Shown here one piece after another: positions 12,311 to 22,506 of a DNA stretch of 32,000 nucleotides. The position numbers and the translations under genes were made by a program. The stretch spans positions 6,570,001 through 6,602,000 of the forward strand of contig NZ_LN831039.1 in NCBI RefSeq assembly GCF_001457595.1, written 5' to 3'. How positions within the stretch are numbered: position 1 is the first letter of the stretch; every line of letters starts with the position of its first letter. This DNA is from Mycolicibacterium smegmatis (GTDB taxonomy: Bacteria; Actinomycetota; Actinomycetes; Mycobacteriales; Mycobacteriaceae). The notes below the pieces were generated by a model. It was not told the origin of the DNA. It did not search any database and was given only the letters and a program-made list of their open reading frames with translations.

Positions 12311-12514
12311 CGGTGTTCAACGTACCCACTTCCGGGGCGGCAGACACCCGGTGATCGAAATGTCCTCGCAGCAACGCGATTCACGGCCACAACCAGGTTT
12401 GCCCAGAAATCAGCGGTTGAATAAGAGGCGATGGCGGGTTAGGTTTTCCCCGGTCTGATCTTGTCGCTGGGAAACACTTTCCGGCGGTCCGCAACGCTTC
12501 GACGAGGGATATCT

Positions 12515-12973
12515 GTGGCTGAGTCCGCACCGAATGATGGTGAAGCACCGGTAATCGTTGGTCTGTCCGATGCGGCGATGCACATGTACACCGCCGCGAT
12601 CGACGCGCTTCCGCCCGTCGGCGACGCGGAGTTCCCCGAACGCGCCGCGGTGGTGCTGAGCGGTCTGCGCAAACTTCAGGGGTCGCTCGCCGAGGCAGCG
12701 AGCCGCAGCCGCGCCACGCCGTCGGTGATCGTCGCGCTCAGCGGCGTCCGCACGCGGTACGACGAACTGATGACGACGGCGGCCGAGGGCCCCGGTGCGA
12801 CGCTGGGTCAGCGCCTCTATGTCGCGCGTCTGCGCGCCAAGCTCACCACCGCGGAGGCCGCCAACGGTATCGGCGTGCGCAAGGACCTCATCGAGGCCGT
12901 CGAGGCCGAGGAGCCCGCGACCGAGGCCGAGACCGCACAGATCAAGGATCTGATCGCCGCACTCGGCGGCTAG
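12515..12973 (+). CDS. Small protein with a C-terminal XRE-like helix-turn-helix
   Basis: High GC3 from about 12580 onward. HTH-like 'LGQRLYVARLRAKLTTAEAANGIGVRKDLIEAVE'. The start is uncertain. GTG 12515 is preceded by GAGGGA; ATG 12578 and ATG 12584 are alternatives. Confidence 0.55.
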   Translation: MAESAPNDGEAPVIVGLSDAAMHMYTAAIDALPPVGDAEFPERAAVVLSGLRKLQGSLAEAASRSRATPSVIVALSGVRTRYDELMTTAAEGPGATLGQRLYVARLRAKLTTAEAANGIGVRKDLIEAVEAEEPATEAETAQIKDLIAALGG

Positions 12974-13093
12974 GCAGGCCGTTCGCGACGCCGGTTTGCC
13001 GTCGCCGCACCGGATTCTCCGCGGGCTAAACACACGGCGTCCGGCGTCTGAAGAGCCGCCCCGGGGACACGCGGTCGACGGTATGGTTCGCGC

Positions 13094-13894
13094 GTGGCTG
13101 TTCGCGATCACGGAGACCCCGGGGATGCCCCCTCCGTCCCCCCGCCGTTGACACCGGTTGCCGACGTCATACGTCCGTCCGCGGCCGAGGAGGCCCGCAC
13201 GATCGCCGCGTCGACCAATGTCGGCACGCTGGCGACGCTGACCACCGAAGGCGATCCGTGGGCGTCGTTCGTGACGTACGGACTGCTCGGCGGCGCGCCC
13301 GTGCTGTGCGTGTCCGACATGGCCGAGCACGGACGCAATCTCGCGCACGACCCGCGCGCCAGCATCGCGATCGTCGCGCCGTCCGCCGAGTCCGATCCGC
13401 TCGCCAGCGCCCGCGTGACGCTCGCCGGGGTCGCCGAACGGCCCGAAGGCGACGAGCTCGCGGCCGCGCGCGCCGCGCATCTCGACGCGGTCGCGGCCGC
13501 CAAGTACTACATCGACTACAGCGACTTCTCGGTGTGGGTGCTGCGTGTGCAACGCGTGCGCTGGGTGGGCGGGTACGGCCGCATGGACTCCACAACCGGC
13601 GAGGCGTACGCGGCCGCCGAGGCCGACCCGGTGACACCGCGCGCGGCCGGGGCCATCGCGCACCTCAACGCCGACCACGCCGACTCGCTGCTGGCGATGG
13701 CGCGCAACCTCGGCGGCTACCCCGACACCGGTGAGGCCGTGTGTACGGGAGCCGACCGCTACGGCCTGGATCTGCGCGTGACAACCGAGCGTGGTGTGGC
13801 GTACACCAGGGTCGGCTATGCCGCCCCGATCAGCTCGTTCGACCAACTGCGCGCGGCAACAGTCGAATTGGCGCAGCGCGCAAAACAAAGCTGA
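13094..13894 (+). CDS. PPOX-like FMN/heme-binding split-barrel protein with a DUF2470-like C-domain (HugZ-like)
   Basis: 'ARTIAASTNVGTLATLTTEGDPWASFVTYGL...PVLCVSDMAEHGRNLAHDPRASI' matches the split-barrel domain. 'AIAHLNADHADSLLAMARNLGG...GADRYGLDLRV' resembles DUF2470. The start (GTG 13094) is uncertain. Confidence 0.72.
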   Translation: MAVRDHGDPGDAPSVPPPLTPVADVIRPSAAEEARTIAASTNVGTLATLTTEGDPWASFVTYGLLGGAPVLCVSDMAEHGRNLAHDPRASIAIVAPSAESDPLASARVTLAGVAERPEGDELAAARAAHLDAVAAAKYYIDYSDFSVWVLRVQRVRWVGGYGRMDSTTGEAYAAAEADPVTPRAAGAIAHLNADHADSLLAMARNLGGYPDTGEAVCTGADRYGLDLRVTTERGVAYTRVGYAAPISSFDQLRAATVELAQRAKQS

Positions 13895-13938
13895 GTGCAG
13901 GCGCGATACCCGCAGGCCGGTGCAATACGATCGCGGGT

Positions 13939-14517
13939 ATGCCTGCTGCCATCGAGCGCCCGGACACCTGGCAAGCCGCCTTCGACCTGATCCGTACCCG
14001 CGGCTACGAGCACCGCGAAGAGCCCTTCCGGCTCGCCAGCGGGCAGCTCAGCCACGACTACATCGACGGCAAGTACGCCATCGACACCGGTGAGCGCATG
14101 AGGATCGTCAGTGAGGCCGTCGCCGACCTGGCGAAGGCCATGGGCATCGAGTACGACGCCGTCGGCGGTTTGACGATGGGCGCCGACCCGCTGGCCCACG
14201 GCGTCGCGATGGTCACGGGCAAGGCCTGGTTCTCGGTGCGCAAGGAGCAGAAGAGCCGCGGTCGTGAGCAGTGGATCGAGGGCACCCGCCTCGAGCCGGG
14301 CACGCGGGTGCTGCTGGTCGACGACGTGATCAGCACCGGCGGCTCCACCGAGATCGCGTACGACCGGGTCACCGCGGCAGGCGCCGTGGTCAGCGGTGTC
14401 ATCCCGATGGTCGACCGCGGCGACATCGCCGCGGGCCGGTTCGCCAAACGCGGCGTGCCGTTCGCCGCGCTGGTCACCTACCGCGATCTGGGCATCGAAC
14501 CCGTCAAGGACGTCTAG
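13939..14517 (+). CDS. Type I phosphoribosyltransferase (orotate PRTase-like)
   Basis: ATG at 13939. PRPP-binding loop 'RVLLVDDVISTGGST' and 'VGGLTMGADPLA'. Confidence 0.8.
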   Translation: MPAAIERPDTWQAAFDLIRTRGYEHREEPFRLASGQLSHDYIDGKYAIDTGERMRIVSEAVADLAKAMGIEYDAVGGLTMGADPLAHGVAMVTGKAWFSVRKEQKSRGREQWIEGTRLEPGTRVLLVDDVISTGGSTEIAYDRVTAAGAVVSGVIPMVDRGDIAAGRFAKRGVPFAALVTYRDLGIEPVKDV

Positions 14518-14521
14518 GGAT

Positions 14522-15586
14522 TCACACCACGAGCACCGGTGCGGGTTCGAGCCCGACGCTCACGGTCTGACCGGCCTCGAAGGCACGTGCCTGCGAGCTG
14601 GGCAGCTGCGCATGGATGACCGGTCCGTCGGGCAGGTTCACGTACACCCGCGAGATCGGGCCGAGGAACGCCACCGAGGCCACCGTCGCGTTGCCGTCCG
14701 GATCATCCTGCACCGTAACGGATTCCGGCCGCACCATCGCGGTGCCGGCACCCGAGCCGACCGAACCGGCCAGCGTCGGGACCGTGGCGCCGAGCACCCG
14801 GGCCTTCCCGTCGGTCACCTCCGCCGGGATCTTGTTGTGCAGGCCGACGAACTCAGCGACGAACGGGGTCGCCGGGTTGGCGTACAACTCTGCGGGTGCG
14901 GCGAGCTGCTCGAGCTTGCCCTGGCTCATCACGCCGACGCGGTCGGCGACGGCGAGCGCCTCCTCCTGGTCGTGCGTGACGAACAGCGTCGTCGTACCGA
15001 CTTCGAGCTGCACACGCCGGATCTCGTCGCGCAACTGCGCGCGGACCTTGGCGTCGAGCGCCGAGAGCGGCTCGTCGAGCAGCAGCACCCGGGGCGCGAT
15101 CGCGAGCGCGCGGGCCAGTGCGACGCGCTGCTGCTGCCCACCGGACAGCTCGTTGGCGTACTTGTTCTTGTGCGCACCCAGACCCACCAGGTCGAGCATG
15201 TCGGCGGCCGTGGAAAGCCTGTCCCGCTTGGACTTACCGCGCATCTTCAATCCGAACGCGACGTTGTCCAGCACCGTCAGGTGCGGGAACAGGCTGTAGG
15301 CCTGGAACACCATGCCCATGTCGCGCTTGTTGGCGGGCACCGAGCTGACATCGCGGCCGTCGACCAGCACCGTCCCCGAGGTCGCCTCGTCGAGCCCGGC
15401 CAGGATCCGCAGTGCTGTGGTCTTGCCGCACCCGGACGGCCCGAGCAGCGCCACCAGTTCACCCGGCTCCATGCGCAGGCTCAGTCCGTCCAGCGCCTTG
15501 ACACTGCCGTAGCTGCGCGTGAGGTCGACCAGTTCGACGGCCACCCCACTCGTGGCCCCGGCGGCACCGGTCCCCGGAGTACTCAC
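14522..15586 (-). CDS. ABC importer ATP-binding protein (PotA/MalK-like with a C-terminal OB/TOBE-type domain)
   Basis: Walker A 'GPSGCGKTT', 'LSGGQQQRVALARAL', 'LLLDEPLSALD', 'FVTHDQEEA'. The GTG start overlaps the upstream stop (GTGA). Confidence 0.9.
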   Translation of the reverse strand: MSTPGTGAAGATSGVAVELVDLTRSYGSVKALDGLSLRMEPGELVALLGPSGCGKTTALRILAGLDEATSGTVLVDGRDVSSVPANKRDMGMVFQAYSLFPHLTVLDNVAFGLKMRGKSKRDRLSTAADMLDLVGLGAHKNKYANELSGGQQQRVALARALAIAPRVLLLDEPLSALDAKVRAQLRDEIRRVQLEVGTTTLFVTHDQEEALAVADRVGVMSQGKLEQLAAPAELYANPATPFVAEFVGLHNKIPAEVTDGKARVLGATVPTLAGSVGSGAGTAMVRPESVTVQDDPDGNATVASVAFLGPISRVYVNLPDGPVIHAQLPSSQARAFEAGQTVSVGLEPAPVLVV

Positions 15587-16404
15587 CCCTGATCTCCTAA
15601 CGTCCTACGACGGCCGCGCGTGAGAACCGCGAGTGCCAGCAACAACACGAAGCCCAACAGCAGCACCGCAAGCGACGCGGCCACCGAGGTGGGGCCGTCG
15701 CTCTTGCCGATCAGCACGATCTGCACCTGCAGGGTCTCGAAGCCGCTCAGTGACGCGATGGTGTACTCGCCGAGTACCACCGCGATGGATATGAAGGCCG
15801 CGGAGAGGATTCCGGACCAGATGTTGGGCACGATGACGCGCGTGATCGTGGTGAACCAGCCCGCCCCCAGCGAGCGTGCCGCCTCCGAAAGCGTCTGCAG
15901 GTCGATCGCGGCCAGTGCCGAGTCGATCGCGCGGTAGGCGAACGGCAGCACCAGCACCACGTAGACGAACGTCAGCGTCAGTGCCGACTCGCCCAGGAAG
16001 TAGGTCACCCACAGGTAGACATTGCGCAGGCCGACGACGATCACCAGGGCCGGGATCGTCAGCGGCAGCAGGCACAGGAACTCCACGATCCGGCGAGCCC
16101 ACCTCGCGCGCAACCGCACCCAGATCATCGTGGGCACCAACAGGACCAGCATCGCCACCACCGTGAACACCGCGAGCAGAAGCGAGATCACGATGGCGCG
16201 GTACAGCGCCTCGTCGGCCACCAGGTTGCCCCACGCGGCCAGGGTGCGCCCGCCCGAGATCAGGTTGCGCGTCGAGAAGTCGGCCATCGCGTACAGCGGG
16301 AACAGGAAGAACAAACCGAAGAGCACCCACAGCGTCGCGCGCACCGCGCGCCGCAGGGCACGGTTGCTCCCGGTGCTCGTCCCCGTGGTCGTCGAAGTGC
16401 TCAT
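15583..16404 (-). CDS. ABC importer permease (second)
   Basis: 6-TM protein with EAA loop 'SEAARSLGAGWFTTITRVIVPNI'. ATG 16404 forms an ATGA overlap with the upstream stop; GTG 16413 is an alternative start. Confidence 0.85.
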   Translation of the reverse strand: MSTSTTTGTSTGSNRALRRAVRATLWVLFGLFFLFPLYAMADFSTRNLISGGRTLAAWGNLVADEALYRAIVISLLLAVFTVVAMLVLLVPTMIWVRLRARWARRIVEFLCLLPLTIPALVIVVGLRNVYLWVTYFLGESALTLTFVYVVLVLPFAYRAIDSALAAIDLQTLSEAARSLGAGWFTTITRVIVPNIWSGILSAAFISIAVVLGEYTIASLSGFETLQVQIVLIGKSDGPTSVAASLAVLLLGFVLLLALAVLTRGRRRTLGDQG

Positions 16405-17261
16405 CGCAGCCACCTCGCGGTGCGACGCATCATCGCGTTGTAGGCGAACATCACGACCGCGACCACCACGATCATCTCCAGCGCCAGGGCGTAGGCGAAC
16501 CCGGACTGTCCCATCACCACCTCACTGGTGAGCGCGGCCCGGATCAGCAGCGGCACGATCGGGCTGCCCTGACTGACCAGGGCAGCCGCGGTGGCGTAGG
16601 CGGCAAATGCGTTGGCGAACAACAACAACGCCGAGCCGAGGAACGCGGGCATCAGCAGCGGCACCGCGACCTCGCGCAGGTACTGCCACGTCGAGGCGCC
16701 GAGATTCACCGCGGCCTCGCGCCACTGCTGGCGCAATCCCTCGAGCGCCGGGATGAACACGATCACCATGAGCGGGATCTGGAAGTACGTGTACACCAGG
16801 ATCAGCCCGGCCAGGCCATAGAGCCAGCCCGAACCCGCGAGGTCCCAGCCGAACAGTTGCCGCACCCACAACGTCAGCACGCCGTTGAGCCCGATGGTCG
16901 CGAGGAACGCGAACGCCAGTGCCACACCGCCGAACTGGGCCAGCACGCTGCACAGCGCCAGCACCGCGCGGCGCAGCATCGACGCCGGTGGGCTGCTGAC
17001 GATCAGCCAGGCGAGCGCCGCGCCCAGCACCGCACCGAGCAGTGCGGTACTGGCCGAGAGGATCACGCTCTTTCCCAGCGCCGTCAGCGCCGACCCGGTG
17101 AACAGCGCGAAGATGCGTTCCAGCGAGAAGGATCCGTCGGCGAAGAACGCCATCACGATCACCGTGACCGTCGGCACGATCAGGAACACCGTCACCACCG
17201 CCACGAAGGGCAGAAGCGGCAACGCGTCCCTGATCTGCCGACCCAGGGTGCGGCCCGACAT
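16401..17261 (-). CDS. ABC importer permease (first)
   Basis: 6-TM protein with EAA loop 'REAAVNLGASTWQYLREVAVPLL'. ATG at 17261, 8 nt after the binding-protein stop. Confidence 0.85.
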   Translation of the reverse strand: MSGRTLGRQIRDALPLLPFVAVVTVFLIVPTVTVIVMAFFADGSFSLERIFALFTGSALTALGKSVILSASTALLGAVLGAALAWLIVSSPPASMLRRAVLALCSVLAQFGGVALAFAFLATIGLNGVLTLWVRQLFGWDLAGSGWLYGLAGLILVYTYFQIPLMVIVFIPALEGLRQQWREAAVNLGASTWQYLREVAVPLLMPAFLGSALLLFANAFAAYATAAALVSQGSPIVPLLIRAALTSEVVMGQSGFAYALALEMIVVVAVVMFAYNAMMRRTARWLR

Positions 17262-17269
17262 AGGTGGTG

Positions 17270-18421
17270 TCAGCCGATCGCCTTGGCCCAGTTGTCGGCC
17301 AGATACTTTGTGGCGGCCTCGGTCTGCTCCGGGGTCGGGTTGGTCACCGGGCCGTGGACCACCGGCAGGTCGGCGAACGCGGCTTTGTCCTCGGTACCCG
17401 CGGCGATCATCGCGTCGGCGCGCACGGGGCGGACACCGCCTGCGGCATACAGGTTCTGGCCCTCATCGCTGAACAGGAACTCCTGCCACAGCCGTGCGGC
17501 CGCCGGATGCGGGGCGCCGGAGTTGATCGCCTGGTAGTAGTAGCCCGCGACAGGCGCGTTCTCGGGCACCAGGACCTGCCAGCTGGGGACCTTCTTGCTC
17601 TCGGTGGCGTTGAGGTAGTTCCAGTCGATCACCACGGGCGTCTGCCCCGACTCGATGGTCGCAGGCGTCGGGTCGACCGGCAGGAAGTTGCCCGCCTGCT
17701 TGAGCTTCGAGAAGAACTCGACGCCGGGGGCGATGTCATCGGCCGAACCGCCCTGCGCGACCGCCACCATCAGCACACCCGAGAATCCGGCGCCGGCCTG
17801 CGTGGGATCGCCGTTGAGCGCGACCTTGCCCTGGTACTCCGGCTTGAGCAGATCTTCGACGCTGGTGACCGGCGGCACCTTGGAGGTGTCGAAGCCGATC
17901 GACATGAAACCGCCGTAGTCGTTGACCCACTTGCCGTCGGCGTCCTTGTACTCCGCCGGGATGTCGTCGAACGTCGCGACCTTGTACGGAGCGAACATCG
18001 ACGTGTTCGCCAGTGCCACCGACTGTCCGAGGTCGAACACGTCGGGCGCACTGCTCTTGCCCTTCTGCTGGTTTGCCGCGTTGATCTCGTCCTGGCTCGA
18101 CGCGTCGGGCTGGGCCGAGTTCACCTTGATGCCGTATTTGTCCTCGAACGCGCTGATGAGCGCGCCGTAGTTCGCCCAATCCGGTGGCAGCGCAATCACG
18201 TTGAGCTCGCCCTCGGCCTTGGCCGCCTCGACCAGCTTGTCCATCCCGCCGAAGTCCTCGGCCGAGGTCGCCTCGGACACCTTGACGCCGCTCTCGGTGT
18301 CACCGCCGCTGGATTCCTTCTCGGGCGGTGCGCAGGCCGCCAGGCCCACGGCGACCAGAGCCGATGCCGCGACGGCGGCGGCTCTGGGCAGGATCCGATG
18401 TGCGGTCGGGAGAATGATCAT
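17270..18421 (-). CDS. ABC importer substrate-binding lipoprotein (solute-binding family 1; Fe3+/polyamine/thiamine-type fold)
   Basis: ATG 18421 is preceded by GGAAGG. Signal peptide plus lipobox 'ALVAVGLAAC'. The body is a typical PotD/AfuA-like binding protein. The substrate cannot be assigned by eye. Confidence 0.85.
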   Translation of the reverse strand: MIILPTAHRILPRAAAVAASALVAVGLAACAPPEKESSGGDTESGVKVSEATSAEDFGGMDKLVEAAKAEGELNVIALPPDWANYGALISAFEDKYGIKVNSAQPDASSQDEINAANQQKGKSSAPDVFDLGQSVALANTSMFAPYKVATFDDIPAEYKDADGKWVNDYGGFMSIGFDTSKVPPVTSVEDLLKPEYQGKVALNGDPTQAGAGFSGVLMVAVAQGGSADDIAPGVEFFSKLKQAGNFLPVDPTPATIESGQTPVVIDWNYLNATESKKVPSWQVLVPENAPVAGYYYQAINSGAPHPAAARLWQEFLFSDEGQNLYAAGGVRPVRADAMIAAGTEDKAAFADLPVVHGPVTNPTPEQTEAATKYLADNWAKAIG

Positions 18422-18650
18422 GGACAGAACCTTCCGATGGTCAGGAGGCGTCGCGGTGGCGCCCCGGTTACCGAAGCTCATCGCCAACCGGTCACCTGGG
18501 TGAACAAGTCCGCGGCAGGACCGCGTCGTTCTGCACAGGCGCATCGCACACTATCGTGACCTCGCCAAACTCGCTGCCGGTTCGCACCCAATCCCGCCGA
18601 TGCGGACCTTGTCGAGCATTTCCCCAGGTCGTCCCGCTAACATCGACAAG

Positions 18651-19605
<955 letters not shown>

Positions 19606-19609
19606 GCCG

Positions 19610-20215
19610 TCACGGCAGGACGCGCAGCCCGTACAGGTAGGTGGTCAGGTACACCTCCAGCACGGGGGCACGCGCATCCCTGGCTTCGGGGATCGTGATG
19701 AGAAGTGCGTAGAGACCGACCACGAACGACACGCCGACGTGCATCACGTCGACATCCGCCGGTATCTCGCCGCGTTGCTGCGCGCGCTGGAGTTCGGAGA
19801 TGATGACCGTGAGTGCCGGGTATCTGGTCCACTCCTGCGAGGGCGGCCTGGTGGTGGAGAAGTGCAGCGCCAGAAAGTCTTTGAACAGTCTGCGACCCAG
19901 CCGACGCTCGAGCTTCTCCAGCAGTCGGACGGTCTCGGCGAGCGTGTCGCGCACGCTGTGCGGGCGGGTGTACAGCCGCGTGAGTTCGGTGACCATGCGT
20001 TCCTGCTCGCGGGCCTCCAACTCGATCAGAACGTGTTCCTTGGTGGGGAAATGAAAGAAGAAGGTGCCGTGGGCAACTCCCGCGGCCGCCACGATGGCCG
20101 CGGTGTCGGCCGCCGCGATGCCGTTGCGCTTGAACTCCGCGAGCGCCGCGCCGAGCAGGCGCTCCCGCGTCTGCATGCCCTTCCTCCACCGGCCGGTGCG
20201 TTCCTGCCTCAGCAC
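19610..20215 (-). CDS. TetR-family transcriptional regulator
   Basis: N-terminal HTH 'RERLLGAALAEFKRNGIAAADTAAIVAAAGVAHGTFFFHFPTKEHVL'. It is divergent from the membrane operon at 20397. Confidence 0.88.
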   Translation of the reverse strand: MLRQERTGRWRKGMQTRERLLGAALAEFKRNGIAAADTAAIVAAAGVAHGTFFFHFPTKEHVLIELEAREQERMVTELTRLYTRPHSVRDTLAETVRLLEKLERRLGRRLFKDFLALHFSTTRPPSQEWTRYPALTVIISELQRAQQRGEIPADVDVMHVGVSFVVGLYALLITIPEARDARAPVLEVYLTTYLYGLRVLP

Positions 20216-20396
20216 ACGTCACCTCTTCACTGACTTCACTCAGTTTCACGCTTCCGTTTGCCTTGCGCGCACGCTACCGTGCAGAGCGGAGAACACAGGC
20301 AGTAATCGGAAACTCGCAGGCAAACATCGGTCGTCCGGACAGTGCGTCATCCACTTCCGCACTCTCTGGGCTGACCTGAGTCACTTGAACCGTACG

Positions 20397-21164
20397 ATGT
20401 CGGAGGTATCGGTGCAGATCCTCGAACAGGCCCAGGACCTGCCCACGGCGGGGAACATCAAAGCGCAGTGGGTCAGCCTGTGGACCGGGCCCGCAGTCGG
20501 ACTGGTGCTGCTGGCGGCGTTCGTGGCGTTCCCCGGCTTCCGGCCCCCGATGCCCCCGGACCTTCCGGCCGATCAGGTCGCGGCGTTCTACGCCGAGAAC
20601 ACCGCGTGGATGCGGTTCTCCCAGGTCACGTTCAACCTGTGCGGAATCCTGGTGCTGCCGTTCTTCATGGTGATCGCCGTGCAGATGAAGCGCATGGCCA
20701 ACCAGACCCACATCTTCGCCTACTGCTACCTGACCGCGGTGGTCAGCGGCGCCACCACATTCGCGTTGTCCAACATCCTGTTCCTGGTCGCGGCGTTCCG
20801 CCCCGGGCGCAACCCCGAACTGGTCATGCTGCTCAACGACCTGGCCTGGATCGTGTTCATCGCGCCCATCGGCATGGTGGTCAGCCAGTTCGTGATGCTC
20901 GCGCTCGCGGTCTACTTCGACACCAAAGGACACGGCGAACCGATCCTGCCGCGATGGGTGGGCCACTTCTCGCTGGCCACCGCGGTCGTCATGATCCCCG
21001 CCGCGGGCGCCGCGGTGTTCCACAGCGGACCGCTGGCATGGGACGGGTTCCTGTCGTTCTGGATGCGCAACGGCGCGTTCGCGGTCTTCGTGGTCGTGAT
21101 GTTCTTCGTGCTGCGCCGCGCGGTGATCCGCCAGGCCGTCGCCGAGGGTGTGGTGGCCGGATGA
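20397..21164 (+). CDS. Polytopic membrane protein, paralog A (unknown family)
   Basis: ATG 20397, about 6 TM segments. Shares the blocks 'PPMPPDLPADQVAAFYAENT', 'FRPGRNPELVMLLNDLAW' and 'GPLAWDGFLSFW' with the next gene. Confidence 0.75.
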   Translation: MSEVSVQILEQAQDLPTAGNIKAQWVSLWTGPAVGLVLLAAFVAFPGFRPPMPPDLPADQVAAFYAENTAWMRFSQVTFNLCGILVLPFFMVIAVQMKRMANQTHIFAYCYLTAVVSGATTFALSNILFLVAAFRPGRNPELVMLLNDLAWIVFIAPIGMVVSQFVMLALAVYFDTKGHGEPILPRWVGHFSLATAVVMIPAAGAAVFHSGPLAWDGFLSFWMRNGAFAVFVVVMFFVLRRAVIRQAVAEGVVAG

Positions 21165-21910
21165 GCACACTGACCCCGGAGCATCCCGTCGGCGCAGAGG
21201 TCAAACCCCGTCGCGGCAAGCCCGACGTGGTGTTGATGACGTGGTTCTTCCCGGCCTGGTACGCCGTCTTCGGCGTGATCATCTGCCTGATGGCGCGTGT
21301 CACGCCGCCGCCGCGCCCGGACGTCACCGACGCGGACAAGGTCGCGTTCTTCGTCGAGAACGGCACGACCATCCGGATCGGCTTCTGTCTGCTGCTGATC
21401 CTGCTGGGCGGGGCGGCGCTCACCAACGGCCTGGTGGCCTACCACGTGAAACGGATGTCGGTCGGTTCGGTGTTCGCGTACGCCTACATCGGCGGCATGG
21501 GCGTGGGTGCGCTGCCGGGCTTCCTGCTGGTCGCGGTGTGTTTCCTGACCGCGACGTTCCGCGCCGATCGCAACCCCGAACAGGTCAGCCTGCTCTACGA
21601 CCTCGGCATGCTGTCCTACAACGGATCGCTGGGCTGTTTCTCGGCCGCCTATCTGGTGCTGGCCCTCGCGATCCTCTATGACCGCAACGAGATCTTCCCC
21701 AAATGGTTTGCCTACGTCTCCATCTGGCAGATCATCACCGAGGTCATCGCGACCCAGATGTTCCTGTTCCAGGCCGGTCCCTTCGCGTGGAACGGCTCAC
21801 TGGCGTTCTGGTGGGCGGTGGTGGTGTTCTGCGTGTGGCTGACCGCGTTGATCGTGATTCTCAAGCAGGCCGCCGAGCGCCAGGCGCTCGACGAGCCGGC
21901 ACTGGACTGA
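21161..21910 (+). CDS. Polytopic membrane protein, paralog B (unknown family)
   Basis: ATG 21161 overlaps the paralog A stop (ATGA). Matching blocks are 'PPPRPDVTDADKVAFFVENG', 'FRADRNPEQVSLLYDLGM' and 'GPFAWNGSLAFW'. Confidence 0.75.
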   Translation: MSTLTPEHPVGAEVKPRRGKPDVVLMTWFFPAWYAVFGVIICLMARVTPPPRPDVTDADKVAFFVENGTTIRIGFCLLLILLGGAALTNGLVAYHVKRMSVGSVFAYAYIGGMGVGALPGFLLVAVCFLTATFRADRNPEQVSLLYDLGMLSYNGSLGCFSAAYLVLALAILYDRNEIFPKWFAYVSIWQIITEVIATQMFLFQAGPFAWNGSLAFWWAVVVFCVWLTALIVILKQAAERQALDEPALD

Positions 21911-21929
21911 CTGCGACAGAGGATGTTTC

Positions 21930-22505
21930 GTGACGCGAACCGACGAAATCACCGCGACTGCGGGCCGCGGGCATCTGCCCGGCGACGGCCACATGTGGGT
22001 CATGGTGCTGGGCGATCTGGTGATCTTCGCCGGATACTTCGTCATCTTCATGATCTACCGGACCATGAATCCCGACGAGTTCCTGCGGGCCCAACAACAT
22101 CTCGCGATCAACATCGGGGTGCTCAACACCGTGATCCTGCTGAGCAGTTCGTGGTTCGTCGCGCGCGCGGTCCTGGCGACCCGCGCGGCCCGGTACGAGA
22201 CGGCCATCCGATTGGTTCGCGCCGGCGGCGCGCTCGGTGTGGCCTTCATGGTGATCAAGAGTTACGAGTGGTTCGTCAAGATCCGTGCCGGACACACCAA
22301 TTCCGAGATGTTCTTCTCGTTCTACTACGTGATCACCGGTGTGCACCTGGTCCACGTGCTCATCGGGTTGATCGTGCTGGGTGTGCTGGTCCGCGAACTG
22401 CGCACCCGTCGCAGGCCGTCGATGGTGGAATCCGGCGCCGTGTACTGGCACATGGTGGACCTGCTGTGGATCGTGATCTTCGGCCTGCTCTACGTGATGA
22501 GGTGA
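21930..22505 (+). CDS. Heme-copper oxidase subunit III-like protein (CoxIII/CyoC/NorE family)
   Basis: 191 aa with 5 TM segments. GTG start with an AGAGGA RBS. 'GHMWVMVLGDLVIFAGYF', 'FFSFYYVITGVHLVHVLIGL' and 'AVYWHMVDLLWIVIFGLLYV' are the classic subunit III blocks. Confidence 0.85.
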   Translation: MTRTDEITATAGRGHLPGDGHMWVMVLGDLVIFAGYFVIFMIYRTMNPDEFLRAQQHLAINIGVLNTVILLSSSWFVARAVLATRAARYETAIRLVRAGGALGVAFMVIKSYEWFVKIRAGHTNSEMFFSFYYVITGVHLVHVLIGLIVLGVLVRELRTRRRPSMVESGAVYWHMVDLLWIVIFGLLYVMR

Positions 22506-22506
22506 C

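Noticed and set aside
12410-13888. 492-aa minus-strand ORF spanning two plus-strand genes
   Set aside because: It crosses an intergenic region, is Arg/Gly-rich, and is antisense to genes with recognisable domains.
14396-18559. Plus-strand ORFs antisense to the ABC importer operon (14396-15592, 16857-17537, 17264-18559)
   Set aside because: All four minus-strand genes carry diagnostic ABC, EAA-loop or lipobox motifs. The antisense ORFs have none.
20064-20396. N-terminal 111-codon extension of membrane paralog A
   Set aside because: The extension runs through the divergent TetR gene start and the intergenic region and has a Cys/Arg/Ser-rich non-protein-like sequence. ATG 20397 gives a product colinear with paralog B.
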